A DNA stretch of 64,000 nt from Candidatus Caldatribacterium sp. SIUC1 (lineage in GTDB: Bacteria; Atribacterota; Atribacteria; Atribacterales; Caldatribacteriaceae), in assembly GCF_051549785.1 (NCBI RefSeq), contig NZ_CP189974.1:34093-98092 (forward strand), read 5' to 3'. A model generated the notes under the pieces. That model worked only from the letters and a program-made list of their open reading frames with translations. It ran no database searches and was not told the DNA's origin. The position numbers were made by a program, and so were the translations under genes. Each line of letters begins with the position of its first letter. Positions within the stretch are counted from its first letter, which is position 1. This document shows, in pieces, positions 28,813 through 37,212 of the stretch.

Positions 28813-31491
28813 TCACTTTTTCCCACAGCAGTATTTGTACTTGAGCCCACTCCCACAGGGGCAGGGGTCATTCCGGCCCACTTTACGCCGCGCCTCCTGG
28901 GGTTTTGGTACAGAGGCCGGTCGGGGCTTCTCCGAAGTCCTCTGGACAGAGGGCCTTCTTTCGGGAACCACCCGGACGTGGAAGAGGTACCGTAAGGCGT
29001 CTTCCCGGATAGCGGTGACCATGTTCTGGAACATCTCAAAGGCCTCGAGCTGGTACTCCACAAAGGGGTCCTTCTGGCCCACCGCCCGGAGTCCGATACC
29101 CTCCCGGAGGTGGTCCATGTTGTGGAGGTGGTCCTTCCAGTGGTAATCCACAACCCGCAGGAGGACATAGCGCTCAATATCGCGGAAGACCTCATCACCT
29201 ACCTCTTGGACCCGGTGCTCGTAGAGATGCACCAGATCCGTGTAGAGCCTCCCCTTAAGGTCCTTTGAGGTGAGCTTCAAACGTTCTTCCTCAGAGGGCT
29301 GGAATGCCACCCCAAAAAGGAGCCGCAGGCGCTGGTTCAACCCTTCAAGGTCCCATTCCTCCGGATACACCCGCTCATTGGCATAAGCCTCAACAAGGTC
29401 GTCGATGACCTTCTCCAGCATATCGTACACGAAGGGTCGGAGGTTCTCCTCAAAGAGCACCCGCCGCCTCTGGGCGTAGATGACCTCCCGCTGCTTGTTC
29501 ATAATGTCGTCGTACTGGAGAAGGGTCTTGCGAATGCTGAAGTGGTGTCCTTCGACCCTTTTTTGAGCCGCCTCCACAAGACGGGTGACCAGGGGATGCT
29601 CGATGGGAACTCCTTCCTCCATCCCAAAGCGAGCCATGACAGAAGACAAGCGTTCTGGAACGAAAAGCCGCAAAAGGTCATCCTCAAGGGAAAGGAAAAA
29701 CTGTGACGACCCCGGATCTCCCTGGCGTCCGGCACGGCCCCGAAGCTGATTGTCGATACGACGGCTCTCGTGGCGTTCCGTGCCAATGACGTGCAACCCT
29801 CCCAGGGTCTTCACTTCCTCGGCTTCCCTGTCGGTTTCCGCTTTGAAGCGCGCGTAGAGCTCACGGTAGACTTCTCTGGCCCGTTGCATTTCAGGGTCAT
29901 CGGCAGGAATGCCAAGACTCAGGCGGAGAATGACGTGCTCCGGAAAGCCCATCTCCCGCATCTTCCGCTTGGCAAGGAAATCCGGGTTGCCCCCAAGGAG
30001 GATATCTGTCCCCCTCCCGGCCATATTCGTCGAGATGGTGACCGCCCCCTTGCGGCCTGCCTGGGCGATGATTTCCGCCTCCCGTTCGTGGTGCTTGGCA
30101 TTCAACACCTCGTGGGGAATACCCCGCTTTTTCAGCATGTCGCTCAGACGTTCCGACTTCTCAATGGAGGTCGTCCCCACAAGGACTGGCCGTCCCAAAG
30201 CGTGCAGGCGTTCAATCTCCCGGACCACAGCCTCAAACTTCTCCCGCTCTGTACGGTAGATGACATCAGGAAGCGTCGTTCGGCGAAGGGGCTTATTCGT
30301 GGGAATCACTACCACCGGCATCCCATAGGTGTAGATGAACTCTTCTTCTTCCGTTTTTGCCGTTCCGGTCATGCCACAGATTTTCTCGTACATTCGGAAG
30401 TAATTCTGGTAGGTGATGGAGGCCAGGGTCTGGTTTTCACTCGCTACCTGCAACCCCTCTTTTGCCTCAATGGCCTGGTGGAGACCGTCGCTGTAACGCC
30501 TCCCGTACATGAGGCGACCGGTGAACTCGTCCACGATGATGACCTGACCGTCCTTCACTACGTAATCCACGTCCCTTTTGTACAGGTAATGCGCCCTGAG
30601 GGCCTGCCGCACAAGGTGCTCCAGGGTTCCTTTCCCCGTCTCCTCATAGAGATTTGCCACGTGAAGGAGTTTCTCAATTTTGGCGATGCCTTTCTCCGTC
30701 AGCCACACCGAGCGAGTTTTTTCCTCGAAGTCGAAATCCTCCTTGGGGATGAGCTTCCGGACCACCCGGTCGATCTTGTAGTAGATTTCGGTATTTTCCT
30801 CTGCCGGACCGGAGATGATGAGAGGCGTTCGGGCTTCATCAATGAGGATGGAGTCCACCTCGTCGATGATGGCGTAATGGAGTTCCCGCTGGACCACGTC
30901 TTCTTTTCGGAGGGCCATGTTGTCCCTGAGGTAGTCAAAGCCAAACTCGACGTTCGTGCCGTAGGTGATATCGCACCGGTACGCCTTCTTCCGCTCCTCA
31001 GGTGTTGACTCATGCTGAATAAGCCCAACAGAGAGCCCGAGGAACTCAAAAATCGGCCCCATCCAGTACCGGTCGCGCTTGGCAAGGTAGTCGTTCACCG
31101 TGACGATATGGACGCCCCGTCCGGTGAGGGCATTGAGGTAGGCAGGCATGGTGGCCACCAGAGTTTTTCCCTCTCCAGTCTGCATCTCGGCGATCTTCCC
31201 CTGGTGGAGCACAACCGCCCCCATGATCTGCACGTCAAAGGGACGCATACCGACGACCCTGCGAGCCACCTCCCGCACCACGGCAAAGGCCTCGATGAGA
31301 AGGTCATCGAGGGTCTCACCCCGGGCAAGGCGCTCTTTGAACTCCTCGGTTTTTCGGGAAAGCTCCTGATCCGAAAGCGCGCGTATCTTTTCCTCTAAAG
31401 CATTAACCGGCTCGACGAACTTCTTCTGGAGCTCCCGGATGATGCGCTCCTGGGCCTTCTTCGCCCATACCTCTTTCAGCAGGGCAAGCAT
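28813..31491 (-). CDS. secA: preprotein translocase ATPase SecA
   Basis: 892 aa. N-terminus [28 protein letters not shown]-like motor with Walker [11 protein letters not shown]-terminal zinc finger [16 protein letters not shown]. Confidence 0.95.
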   Translation of the reverse strand: MLALLKEVWAKKAQERIIRELQKKFVEPVNALEEKIRALSDQELSRKTEEFKERLARGETLDDLLIEAFAVVREVARRVVGMRPFDVQIMGAVVLHQGKIAEMQTGEGKTLVATMPAYLNALTGRGVHIVTVNDYLAKRDRYWMGPIFEFLGLSVGLIQHESTPEERKKAYRCDITYGTNVEFGFDYLRDNMALRKEDVVQRELHYAIIDEVDSILIDEARTPLIISGPAEENTEIYYKIDRVVRKLIPKEDFDFEEKTRSVWLTEKGIAKIEKLLHVANLYEETGKGTLEHLVRQALRAHYLYKRDVDYVVKDGQVIIVDEFTGRLMYGRRYSDGLHQAIEAKEGLQVASENQTLASITYQNYFRMYEKICGMTGTAKTEEEEFIYTYGMPVVVIPTNKPLRRTTLPDVIYRTEREKFEAVVREIERLHALGRPVLVGTTSIEKSERLSDMLKKRGIPHEVLNAKHHEREAEIIAQAGRKGAVTISTNMAGRGTDILLGGNPDFLAKRKMREMGFPEHVILRLSLGIPADDPEMQRAREVYRELYARFKAETDREAEEVKTLGGLHVIGTERHESRRIDNQLRGRAGRQGDPGSSQFFLSLEDDLLRLFVPERLSSVMARFGMEEGVPIEHPLVTRLVEAAQKRVEGHHFSIRKTLLQYDDIMNKQREVIYAQRRRVLFEENLRPFVYDMLEKVIDDLVEAYANERVYPEEWDLEGLNQRLRLLFGVAFQPSEEERLKLTSKDLKGRLYTDLVHLYEHRVQEVGDEVFRDIERYVLLRVVDYHWKDHLHNMDHLREGIGLRAVGQKDPFVEYQLEAFEMFQNMVTAIREDALRYLFHVRVVPERRPSVQRTSEKPRPASVPKPQEARRKVGRNDPCPCGSGLKYKYCCGKK

Positions 31492-31514
31492 ACGGTTTCC
31501 TCCTCAGGGATTGC

Positions 31515-31552
31515 CCAGAGGGCAGTTACCATTATAACACAGAGAGGTATCG
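31515..31552 (-). promoter_or_regulatory. candidate sigma70-type promoter for secA
   Basis: Minus-strand TTGGCG...TGTGTTATAAT (extended -10) lies about 25-60 nt upstream of the secA ATG. RBS GAGGAGGAAAC. Confidence 0.4.
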
Positions 31553-31580
31553 CCAAGGCGCAGAGAGAGTTCCAGAAGGA

Positions 31581-31604
31581 CTGGCGGGGGAGAGCCCCCG
31601 CCAG
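31581..31604 (-). terminator. GC-rich stem-loop immediately after encapsulin stop (possible terminator without U-tract)
   Basis: CTGGCGGGGG-AGAG-CCCCCGCCAG: 10-bp perfect stem, 3 nt downstream of the encapsulin stop codon. No U-run follows. Confidence 0.35.
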
Positions 31605-31606
31605 CC

Positions 31607-32395
31607 TCAGCGAAGGACACACACCGAGCGGGGTTCGGTAAGGAGAAGGGCCAGACTCTCCGAGACGGAGAAGAGATAACCTCCCGCTTCCGGACCGATG
31701 AACCCAACCTCAAGGTCCTGACCAAGGAGAATTCGGGCGTAGGCCGGGTTCACCGCAAGAAGCACCCCTCCTTCTTTCAAGTACGGCGCCTTGACCACCC
31801 GGTCACCCACAATGGTCCTTATGTGGTCAAGCTCAATCTGTGCCGTTTCGGGGTAACGGCGGAGGAGGAGATTGTACCGCCCTGGAGAAAGCGCCAGAGC
31901 AAAGGGCCCATGGAATCCCTCTCCATCAAGAAGAGAAACGGCCCGAATGAGGTCCTCAGCCGCTTTTCCCGGTTCATCCCAGGGAGAGAGGGAGCTCTCA
32001 AGAACCCCGGAAGCTGTGCAGAGACCCTTAGAGTCCCCAAACCCTTCGAAAATCAGCCGTTCCTCAAGATGAGCAATTTTCTTCACCGCTGCCACAAGCG
32101 GCGCAAGGTCCAGGGTCACACCGTTTCGTTCAAACTGGGCAATATCGAGTTTCCTGAGGGAGAACGTCTGCTCGAGCGCCACAAGTGGCTGTCCTCCGGC
32201 AACAAGAACCCCCTCTTCAAGGGGCTTCGTCCCGAAGGGGACAAGGGCAAATCCAAGACCGAAAGGGCCTTCAAGGGGGAGAATTCTCCGTCCCGCAAGC
32301 TCCGACTTTGCCACAGAAATGGCGGTTTTCTCAAGCAACTCCCAGAAGGCCTGCCCGAAAGGCGCATCCTCTCGACCAAGGTACGAACCGCTCAC
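31607..32395 (-). CDS. family 1 encapsulin nanocompartment shell protein (linocin M18-like, HK97 fold)
   Basis: 262 aa, a typical encapsulin length. ..LAGRRILPLEGPFGLGFALVP.. and C-terminal ..LGQDLEVGFIGPEAGGYLFSVSESLALLLTEP.. match family-1 encapsulin conserved blocks. GTG start in GTGA overlap with the EncFtn stop. RBS GGAGGAGGGAGGA. Confidence 0.8.
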   Translation of the reverse strand: MSGSYLGREDAPFGQAFWELLEKTAISVAKSELAGRRILPLEGPFGLGFALVPFGTKPLEEGVLVAGGQPLVALEQTFSLRKLDIAQFERNGVTLDLAPLVAAVKKIAHLEERLIFEGFGDSKGLCTASGVLESSLSPWDEPGKAAEDLIRAVSLLDGEGFHGPFALALSPGRYNLLLRRYPETAQIELDHIRTIVGDRVVKAPYLKEGGVLLAVNPAYARILLGQDLEVGFIGPEAGGYLFSVSESLALLLTEPRSVCVLR

Positions 32396-32739
32396 TGTCC
32401 TCCCTCCTCCCGCAGGGACCCCAGGGTCGGGGTACTCTGACCGAATGAGCGAGCAAGGTCATCGACTTCCTTTGCTCCCTGCGCCAGGAAATCCGCCTCG
32501 TCCCCTGTGAGAATCTCAAGGAGTCGCAGGAATTCCCCCGCATGGACCCGTTCCTCGTTGGCAATATCAATGAGAACCTTTTTGGCTAAAGGGTGGTCAG
32601 TGGCCTCGGCGTGGGCAAGGTACAGATGCACGGCTTCTTCCTCAGCCGCGAGATTCAGACGAATGGCACGGATGAGCTCCTCTTTCGTCATCTTCCGACC
32701 GGGCACCATACCACTGAAGGGGTTCACAAACTCCGGCAA
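32392..32739 (-). CDS. encapsulated ferritin-like protein (EncFtn) cargo with C-terminal encapsulin targeting peptide
   Basis: Ferritin-like four-helix motifs ..IRLNLAAEEEAVHLYLAHAEAT.. ..ANEERVHAGEFLRLLEIL.. C-terminal ..TPTLGSLREEGGQ resembles the xLGSL(K/R) targeting peptide. Most likely start is TTG 32739 (RBS AGGAGGTG 6 nt upstream). Alternative starts are GTG 32790 or ATG 32709. Confidence 0.75.
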   Translation of the reverse strand: MPEFVNPFSGMVPGRKMTKEELIRAIRLNLAAEEEAVHLYLAHAEATDHPLAKKVLIDIANEERVHAGEFLRLLEILTGDEADFLAQGAKEVDDLARSFGQSTPTLGSLREEGGQ

Positions 32740-32791
32740 CGGTACCACCTCCTGTGAGGTTTTTAGAGTACAACCATGGTCTGTGACCACT

Positions 32792-33220
32792 TTATTCCGG
32801 GTTCTGCGTGGTCTGCCCTTTCTGACACACGCTCTCTAAAGTGTGGGAGGCAAGGTACTCCCGAAAGCGATGGGCAAACTCTCCAAGAAGCCCGCCGAAA
32901 ATGCACTCCCCGAAAGGACACTCCGGCCCCTCAAGGAGGCAGATTCGCTCAGAAACCGGCCCTTCAATGGCCGCATAGACTTCAAGGAGGGTGATGCGCT
33001 CTGGAGGGCGGGAAAGCGTGAAACCCCCTCGAGGCCCACGGGTGGACATCACAAGTTGTGCCTTGCGCAGACGCTGGAAAACCTTCGCCAGGTGGTGAAA
33101 GGAGGCACCCGTCTTTTCGGCCATCTCTTTCACCGTGAGGGGAGCGCGGCTTTTACTCAAAAGCACCATGCTGTGCAGTGCTAAAGACACAGCTTCACTG
33201 AACTGAGGAAAAGGCGACAC
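32792..33220 (-). CDS. Rrf2-family transcriptional regulator (IscR/NsrR-like, three-Cys putative Fe-S ligands)
   Basis: 142 aa. wHTH region ..LTVKEMAEKTGASFHHLAKVFQRLRKAQLVMSTRGPRGGFTL.. Cys cluster CLLEGPECPFGEC. GTG start with RBS AAGGGGTG. Confidence 0.8.
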   Translation of the reverse strand: MSPFPQFSEAVSLALHSMVLLSKSRAPLTVKEMAEKTGASFHHLAKVFQRLRKAQLVMSTRGPRGGFTLSRPPERITLLEVYAAIEGPVSERICLLEGPECPFGECIFGGLLGEFAHRFREYLASHTLESVCQKGQTTQNPE

Positions 33221-33266
33221 AGCTTCACCCCTTCAAGAGGAGGATACTCAACGCTCCATTACTATA

Positions 33267-34457
33267 TCACAGAACTCGCAGGATGAAACACTTCAGGTAC
33301 CGGGATTCAGGATATCCCACAAGGACGGGATGGTCCTGAGCCTGCCCCCGCTGCTCAAGAATCTGCAGGCGTCTCCCGGCGTCCTGGCTCGCCTCCTTAA
33401 GCACCTCAAGGAAGAGGTCTTCGGAGAGATGGTACGAACAGGAACAGGTGACGAGGGTTCCCGAAGGGACGAGGAGTTTCATGGCCAGGAGATTGATGTC
33501 CTTGTACCCCCGGAGCGCCCCCTCGAGGGCCTCCTTCCCCTTGACGAAGGCAGGAGGATCGAGAATCACAAGGTCAAAGCGCTCGCCCTTTCTGAAGAGT
33601 TCCCGCAGGGCCTCAAAGACGTCGGCAACCTCAAACCGGACCCGATCCTCCAGTCGGTTTAGGCGAGCGTTCTCCCGGGCAAGGGCCACGGCGCTCTCGG
33701 AGATGTCAAGTCCCAGGACCTCTTTCGCCCCAAAAGCCGCCGCATGGATGGCAAACCCCCCGGTGTACGAGAAGCAATCAAGAACCCGTGCTCCCTGGAC
33801 ATAGCGGCGAAGGCTCAGGCGGTTCTCCCGCTGATCCAGGAAATACCCCGTCTTCTGGCCCCGGGCGACGTCCACGAAAAAGGCAAGGCCGTTCTCCTTG
33901 ATGACCACCTCCGGACTCCCACCCGGGAGAATCCACCCCGTGCGTTCCTCAAGGCCCTCTCTCTTGCGGACCTCTACATCGCTCCGTTCATAGATACCCT
34001 CAGGATGCAGGAGGACCTCAAGCGCCTCCACGACGTCTCCTCTTCTTTTTTCCATCCCAAGAGTGAGAAACTGCACCACAAGCAGAGAAGCAAACCGGTC
34101 CACAATGAGCCCGGGGAGGAAGTCTGCCTCGGCAAAAACCACGCGGAAGGCATTGGTTGTTGCTTCTCGAAAAAGCTTCAGACGAAGCTCAAGGGCCTGC
34201 TGCATCCGGCGAAGGAAAAAGTCCCGGTCGATGCGTTCCTCGGGGTTCCGGGTCAGCACCCGGACGGCGATGACCGAACTCGGGTTGTAATACCCCAGAG
34301 CAAGGGGTTTCCCCCGGTGATTCTCTAAGAGCACAACATCCCCGGGGTCTGCCGGACCCCGCAGAACCTCGATGTCCGTACGGTACACCCAGGGATGGCC
34401 CAGAAGTACCCGCTTTTCTTTTCCTTTCTTGAGACGGACCCGGGCGTACTCCGTCAC
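33267..34457 (-). CDS. class I SAM-dependent rRNA methyltransferase, RlmI-like (PUA + MTase)
   Basis: 396 aa. N-terminal PUA-like region (..LLGHPWVYRTDI..). SAM motif ..VLDCFSYTGGFAIHAA.. ..DLVILDPPAF. GTGA overlap with the hemerythrin stop. Confidence 0.8.
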   Translation of the reverse strand: MTEYARVRLKKGKEKRVLLGHPWVYRTDIEVLRGPADPGDVVLLENHRGKPLALGYYNPSSVIAVRVLTRNPEERIDRDFFLRRMQQALELRLKLFREATTNAFRVVFAEADFLPGLIVDRFASLLVVQFLTLGMEKRRGDVVEALEVLLHPEGIYERSDVEVRKREGLEERTGWILPGGSPEVVIKENGLAFFVDVARGQKTGYFLDQRENRLSLRRYVQGARVLDCFSYTGGFAIHAAAFGAKEVLGLDISESAVALARENARLNRLEDRVRFEVADVFEALRELFRKGERFDLVILDPPAFVKGKEALEGALRGYKDINLLAMKLLVPSGTLVTCSCSYHLSEDLFLEVLKEASQDAGRRLQILEQRGQAQDHPVLVGYPESRYLKCFILRVL

Positions 34458-34861
34458 GTACCCATCTTTGCCCGCAAAAATGCCCCGAGTTCCTTATCCA
34501 CTTTCAGGATGTGATTCACCCACCAATCCACCACTGTTTTATTCACCTGTGTAACCAGAGCGACACCAACGCTCTTTTCGGCTTCCTTCTGTAACCTCAG
34601 GAAAGTCTCGGTAAAACCCTCGTGGAGCCTCTTGTGAGCATCGAACCCTGGATACCTATACTGCACCATGAGCTTTTCCTCAGTGGCGAAGTGGGTTTTC
34701 ACATAGTCTCCAAGGAAAGCCAGGGTCTCCTGAACGGCGTCCTTCCCCCTTCCTTCCTGACAGGCTTCAAGGAGACGATTGGTCCGGGCAAAGAGCTCCT
34801 TATGCTGCTCATCAATCACCACCACACCCACCGAGAACGTATCCGACCACACAAGTGCCAC
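34454..34861 (-). CDS. bacteriohemerythrin
   Basis: About 135 aa. GTG start at 34861 gives (M)ALVWSDTFSVGVVVIDEQHKELF.., the canonical hemerythrin HHE N-terminus. His/Glu iron ligands present (H..E, H...H, ..H....D). Confidence 0.85.
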   Translation of the reverse strand: MALVWSDTFSVGVVVIDEQHKELFARTNRLLEACQEGRGKDAVQETLAFLGDYVKTHFATEEKLMVQYRYPGFDAHKRLHEGFTETFLRLQKEAEKSVGVALVTQVNKTVVDWWVNHILKVDKELGAFLRAKMGT

Positions 34862-34873
34862 AGAGCACACCCC

Positions 34874-36196
34874 CTATTCCGTGAACCGGATGGTCTCCTG
34901 ACGAAAGGCCGCATACTCTAAGACTGATTGCTCCTGAACCTCCCTGCAGGAAGCATGAATCTCGTCAAAGTGGTCCAGAAGCATCGCCACGACATCGGCA
35001 TCCAGACCTCCCAAATTCGCCATATCTCCGAGGATTTCCCGAATACGCTGGGGCCTCAGGGCTGGTCGGTAAGGGCGGTCTTCGGACAACGCCACGAAGA
35101 CATCAGCAACGGCCATGACCCTTGACTCAAAGAGGAGTTCTTCCCTTGTTCTTCCAAAAGGATACCCTTGACCATTGCACCGTTCGTGGTGCTCCGAAGC
35201 CCACAAAGCAACGTCCTTCAGGTTTTGAATCCAGGAAAGAGCCGCAAAAGTGTAGTAGGCGTGGGACTTCATAACGCGTATTTCCTTTTCGGTCAGCGGC
35301 CCAGGTTTTTCGAGAATCTCTACCGGTACGGCTATTTTCCCCAGGTCATGGAGGAGCCCTGCCGCAAAAATAAGCTCATGCTCTCCTCTTGGGAGTCCGG
35401 TGAGTTCTCCAAGCCTGCGAGCTGTATACGCCACCCCAGCAGAATGGGTAGCCGTGAAGGCGCTCCGGAAATCAACGAGATGGGCAATAACACGGCAGAA
35501 TCGGAGGAAATCCTCCACATTTAGACACAGTTTCCCCGGAGGAACGAGGCCATGCACGATGTGGCGAAGGCGGGGCGAAGCAAGGTCAAACCACACGTAA
35601 TCCTTGGAGAGGAGTTTTCGAAATGCTTCGAAAACCTCTGGATGGAAGAGACGGGGAACAAAAGACCGGAAGAAAGGCTCTCTCTCCCGGATCTCCCCCA
35701 AGGGATCTTCCTGAAAAGAACACACGATGCTGACCCGGTCAGCGAAATGGATGACGTGGCTTTCAAGGGGAGCGGTTCTGCCACGGCCCTCTTCCCAAGG
35801 AAGATGGTGGCAACGGATAACCTCTGCAAGCGATGCAAAAGGTCCAAAGTCCTTGAGCAACACGTAGCCCACAAAAGCGTGGTGATGAGGATTACGAAAC
35901 TCAAAGTGAAGAGCGTCAAGACGCTCCAGTAGAGAGAACGCTCCGATATCGTGCAGCAGGCCTCCAATGAGGAGATCCCTGAGGGACTGCTCCGGGAATC
36001 CCAGAACCTCTCCGAGGCGAAAGGCAAGGTAAGCAACCTTCAGGTGGTGCTCAAAAAGCCGTCGATTCACAAGGTCTACCACCTCAGCAAGGCAGAGCAC
36101 GAACCCAAGAAGGGGAATACCGTAACAAGAGTCCTCTTCGTTCTCCTGTGTAGGACAAATGACGTTCCAATCCTCCATGGCGACGACACTCCCCAA
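34874..36196 (-). CDS. tandem HD-domain protein, HD-GYP-type (putative c-di-GMP phosphodiesterase)
   Basis: 440 aa. Two HD motifs (..GGLLHDIGAFSL.. and ..AGLLHDLGKIAVP..) with a downstream ..HHE.. GYP-like region. Confidence 0.7.
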   Translation of the reverse strand: MGSVVAMEDWNVICPTQENEEDSCYGIPLLGFVLCLAEVVDLVNRRLFEHHLKVAYLAFRLGEVLGFPEQSLRDLLIGGLLHDIGAFSLLERLDALHFEFRNPHHHAFVGYVLLKDFGPFASLAEVIRCHHLPWEEGRGRTAPLESHVIHFADRVSIVCSFQEDPLGEIREREPFFRSFVPRLFHPEVFEAFRKLLSKDYVWFDLASPRLRHIVHGLVPPGKLCLNVEDFLRFCRVIAHLVDFRSAFTATHSAGVAYTARRLGELTGLPRGEHELIFAAGLLHDLGKIAVPVEILEKPGPLTEKEIRVMKSHAYYTFAALSWIQNLKDVALWASEHHERCNGQGYPFGRTREELLFESRVMAVADVFVALSEDRPYRPALRPQRIREILGDMANLGGLDADVVAMLLDHFDEIHASCREVQEQSVLEYAAFRQETIRFTE

Positions 36197-37212
36197 ACTT
36201 CAGGGAAAGTATACCACAGTCCTCGTTCGTGTACATTTACCGTAAAGGTTCCAACCCAAAAGAACAAACCTCACCGTCCAGAGTATGGGGGAAATCCCAT
36301 GGGTGAAACACCACCAAAACGCTCTGGAGGTGAGGTCCCATGGATATCGGGGCTCCAGGAGATTCTGGCATGCTCTCTCCACTTCCTGGAAAAAAAGAGT
36401 GGGTTTCCAGGAGTTTGCAGAGAAGCTCTCAAAGACCGAAAGCAGTGTGGGCAGATTGAGGGTGGTCCTCGAAAGCCAAAGACGAGGCCATCCACCGGGA
36501 GAGGGATAGAAACGCCTTCCAGGTGGTCCGAAGGAAAGACCAGCGGACCGTCCTCGCCCCCTTTGGGGATGCCACCTCAAGGAAGGACCTCCTATGGGCA
36601 GAGCGACAGAGAGTGTACCTGCACCTCCTCGATGACCAGATCATCTCCGTCCTACCTTGATGCCCCTGGTGCAGGGAGTCCGGAGGCCTGTCCTGAGCGT
36701 TATGCCAGAGGGCAGAGAGAGGGTTCCTGGGAGAACGCGGAAGCCTTCTGCTCTCAAGCCTGCCCGTACCTCCCTCAGAGCTGAGGAGAATCCCAGCACA
36801 CCAGGCGCTCCCAGGCTGCAATCGGCGCCGAAGTCCACGGGAACCTCTCAGCTTGACTCTCCCACAACCCCATGGGCTCTTTGAGCCTTGAAGTTCAACG
36901 GGCGCTGAGAGAGGAAGGGAGGTTTTCCGGGAAGTCCATAACGACATCCCGGCGATGCGGAAAGCGGTGAGTGCTTTAGCACGACCTCAAGGCCCTGGCG
37001 CAGGGTACGTCCTGGGTTCCTGTGGTATGAGGTGACCGTAATCCTCTGGATAGGTAGGGTTGAAAAGGAGAAACCCATGGTGAGAGAACCAGGAGTGGAG
37101 AGAACTCGAGAAAATCCCCCTACGATAGGTTGACACCCATCCAATTCTCCCGCCTGTCACCGGCTTTTTGAGTTTGTGCTACAATGGAAGCAAAAAGGAG
37201 AAAAAATGAATC
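36197..37212. other. about 1 kb GC-rich non-coding region (long 5' leader of HD-GYP gene and/or unidentified structured RNA)
   Basis: No credible ORF in any frame. All frames are short or low-complexity and Arg/Pro-rich. Flanked by divergent genes (HD-GYP on minus, acyl-CoA ligase on plus). Contains an extended -10-like TGTGCTACAAT at about 37176-37186 for the plus-strand gene. Confidence 0.3.

Noticed and set aside
29770-31008. 412-aa plus-strand ORF antisense to secA
   Set aside because: Antisense shadow ORF within secA. It has an odd composition and is not plausible as an independent gene.
32740-32790. Longer EncFtn N-terminus starting at GTG 32790
   Set aside because: A TTG at 32739 is preceded by a strong RBS (AGGAGGTG, 6-nt spacer). 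It yields a 116-aa product typical of EncFtn. The GTG at 32790 would abut the Rrf2 stop with no RBS.
34454-34861. Hemerythrin as a second encapsulin cargo
   Set aside because: Its C-terminus (..GAFLRAKMGT) lacks a GSL-type targeting peptide and it is separated from the shell gene by two other genes.
36429-36947. 172-aa minus-strand ORF in the 1-kb non-coding gap
   Set aside because: Arg/Ser/Leu-rich with no RBS or domain signal. It overlaps other equally implausible frames. Region called non-coding.
36197-37212. RNase P RNA, tmRNA, SRP RNA, T-box or c-di-GMP-I riboswitch in the long gap
   Set aside because: Only short partial matches (for example GAGGUGAGGUCC...GGGGCUCCAGGAG against the RNase P P4 region). 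No complete conserved cores, no tRNA-like 3' end, no UGGNACC T-box sequence. Insufficient to call.
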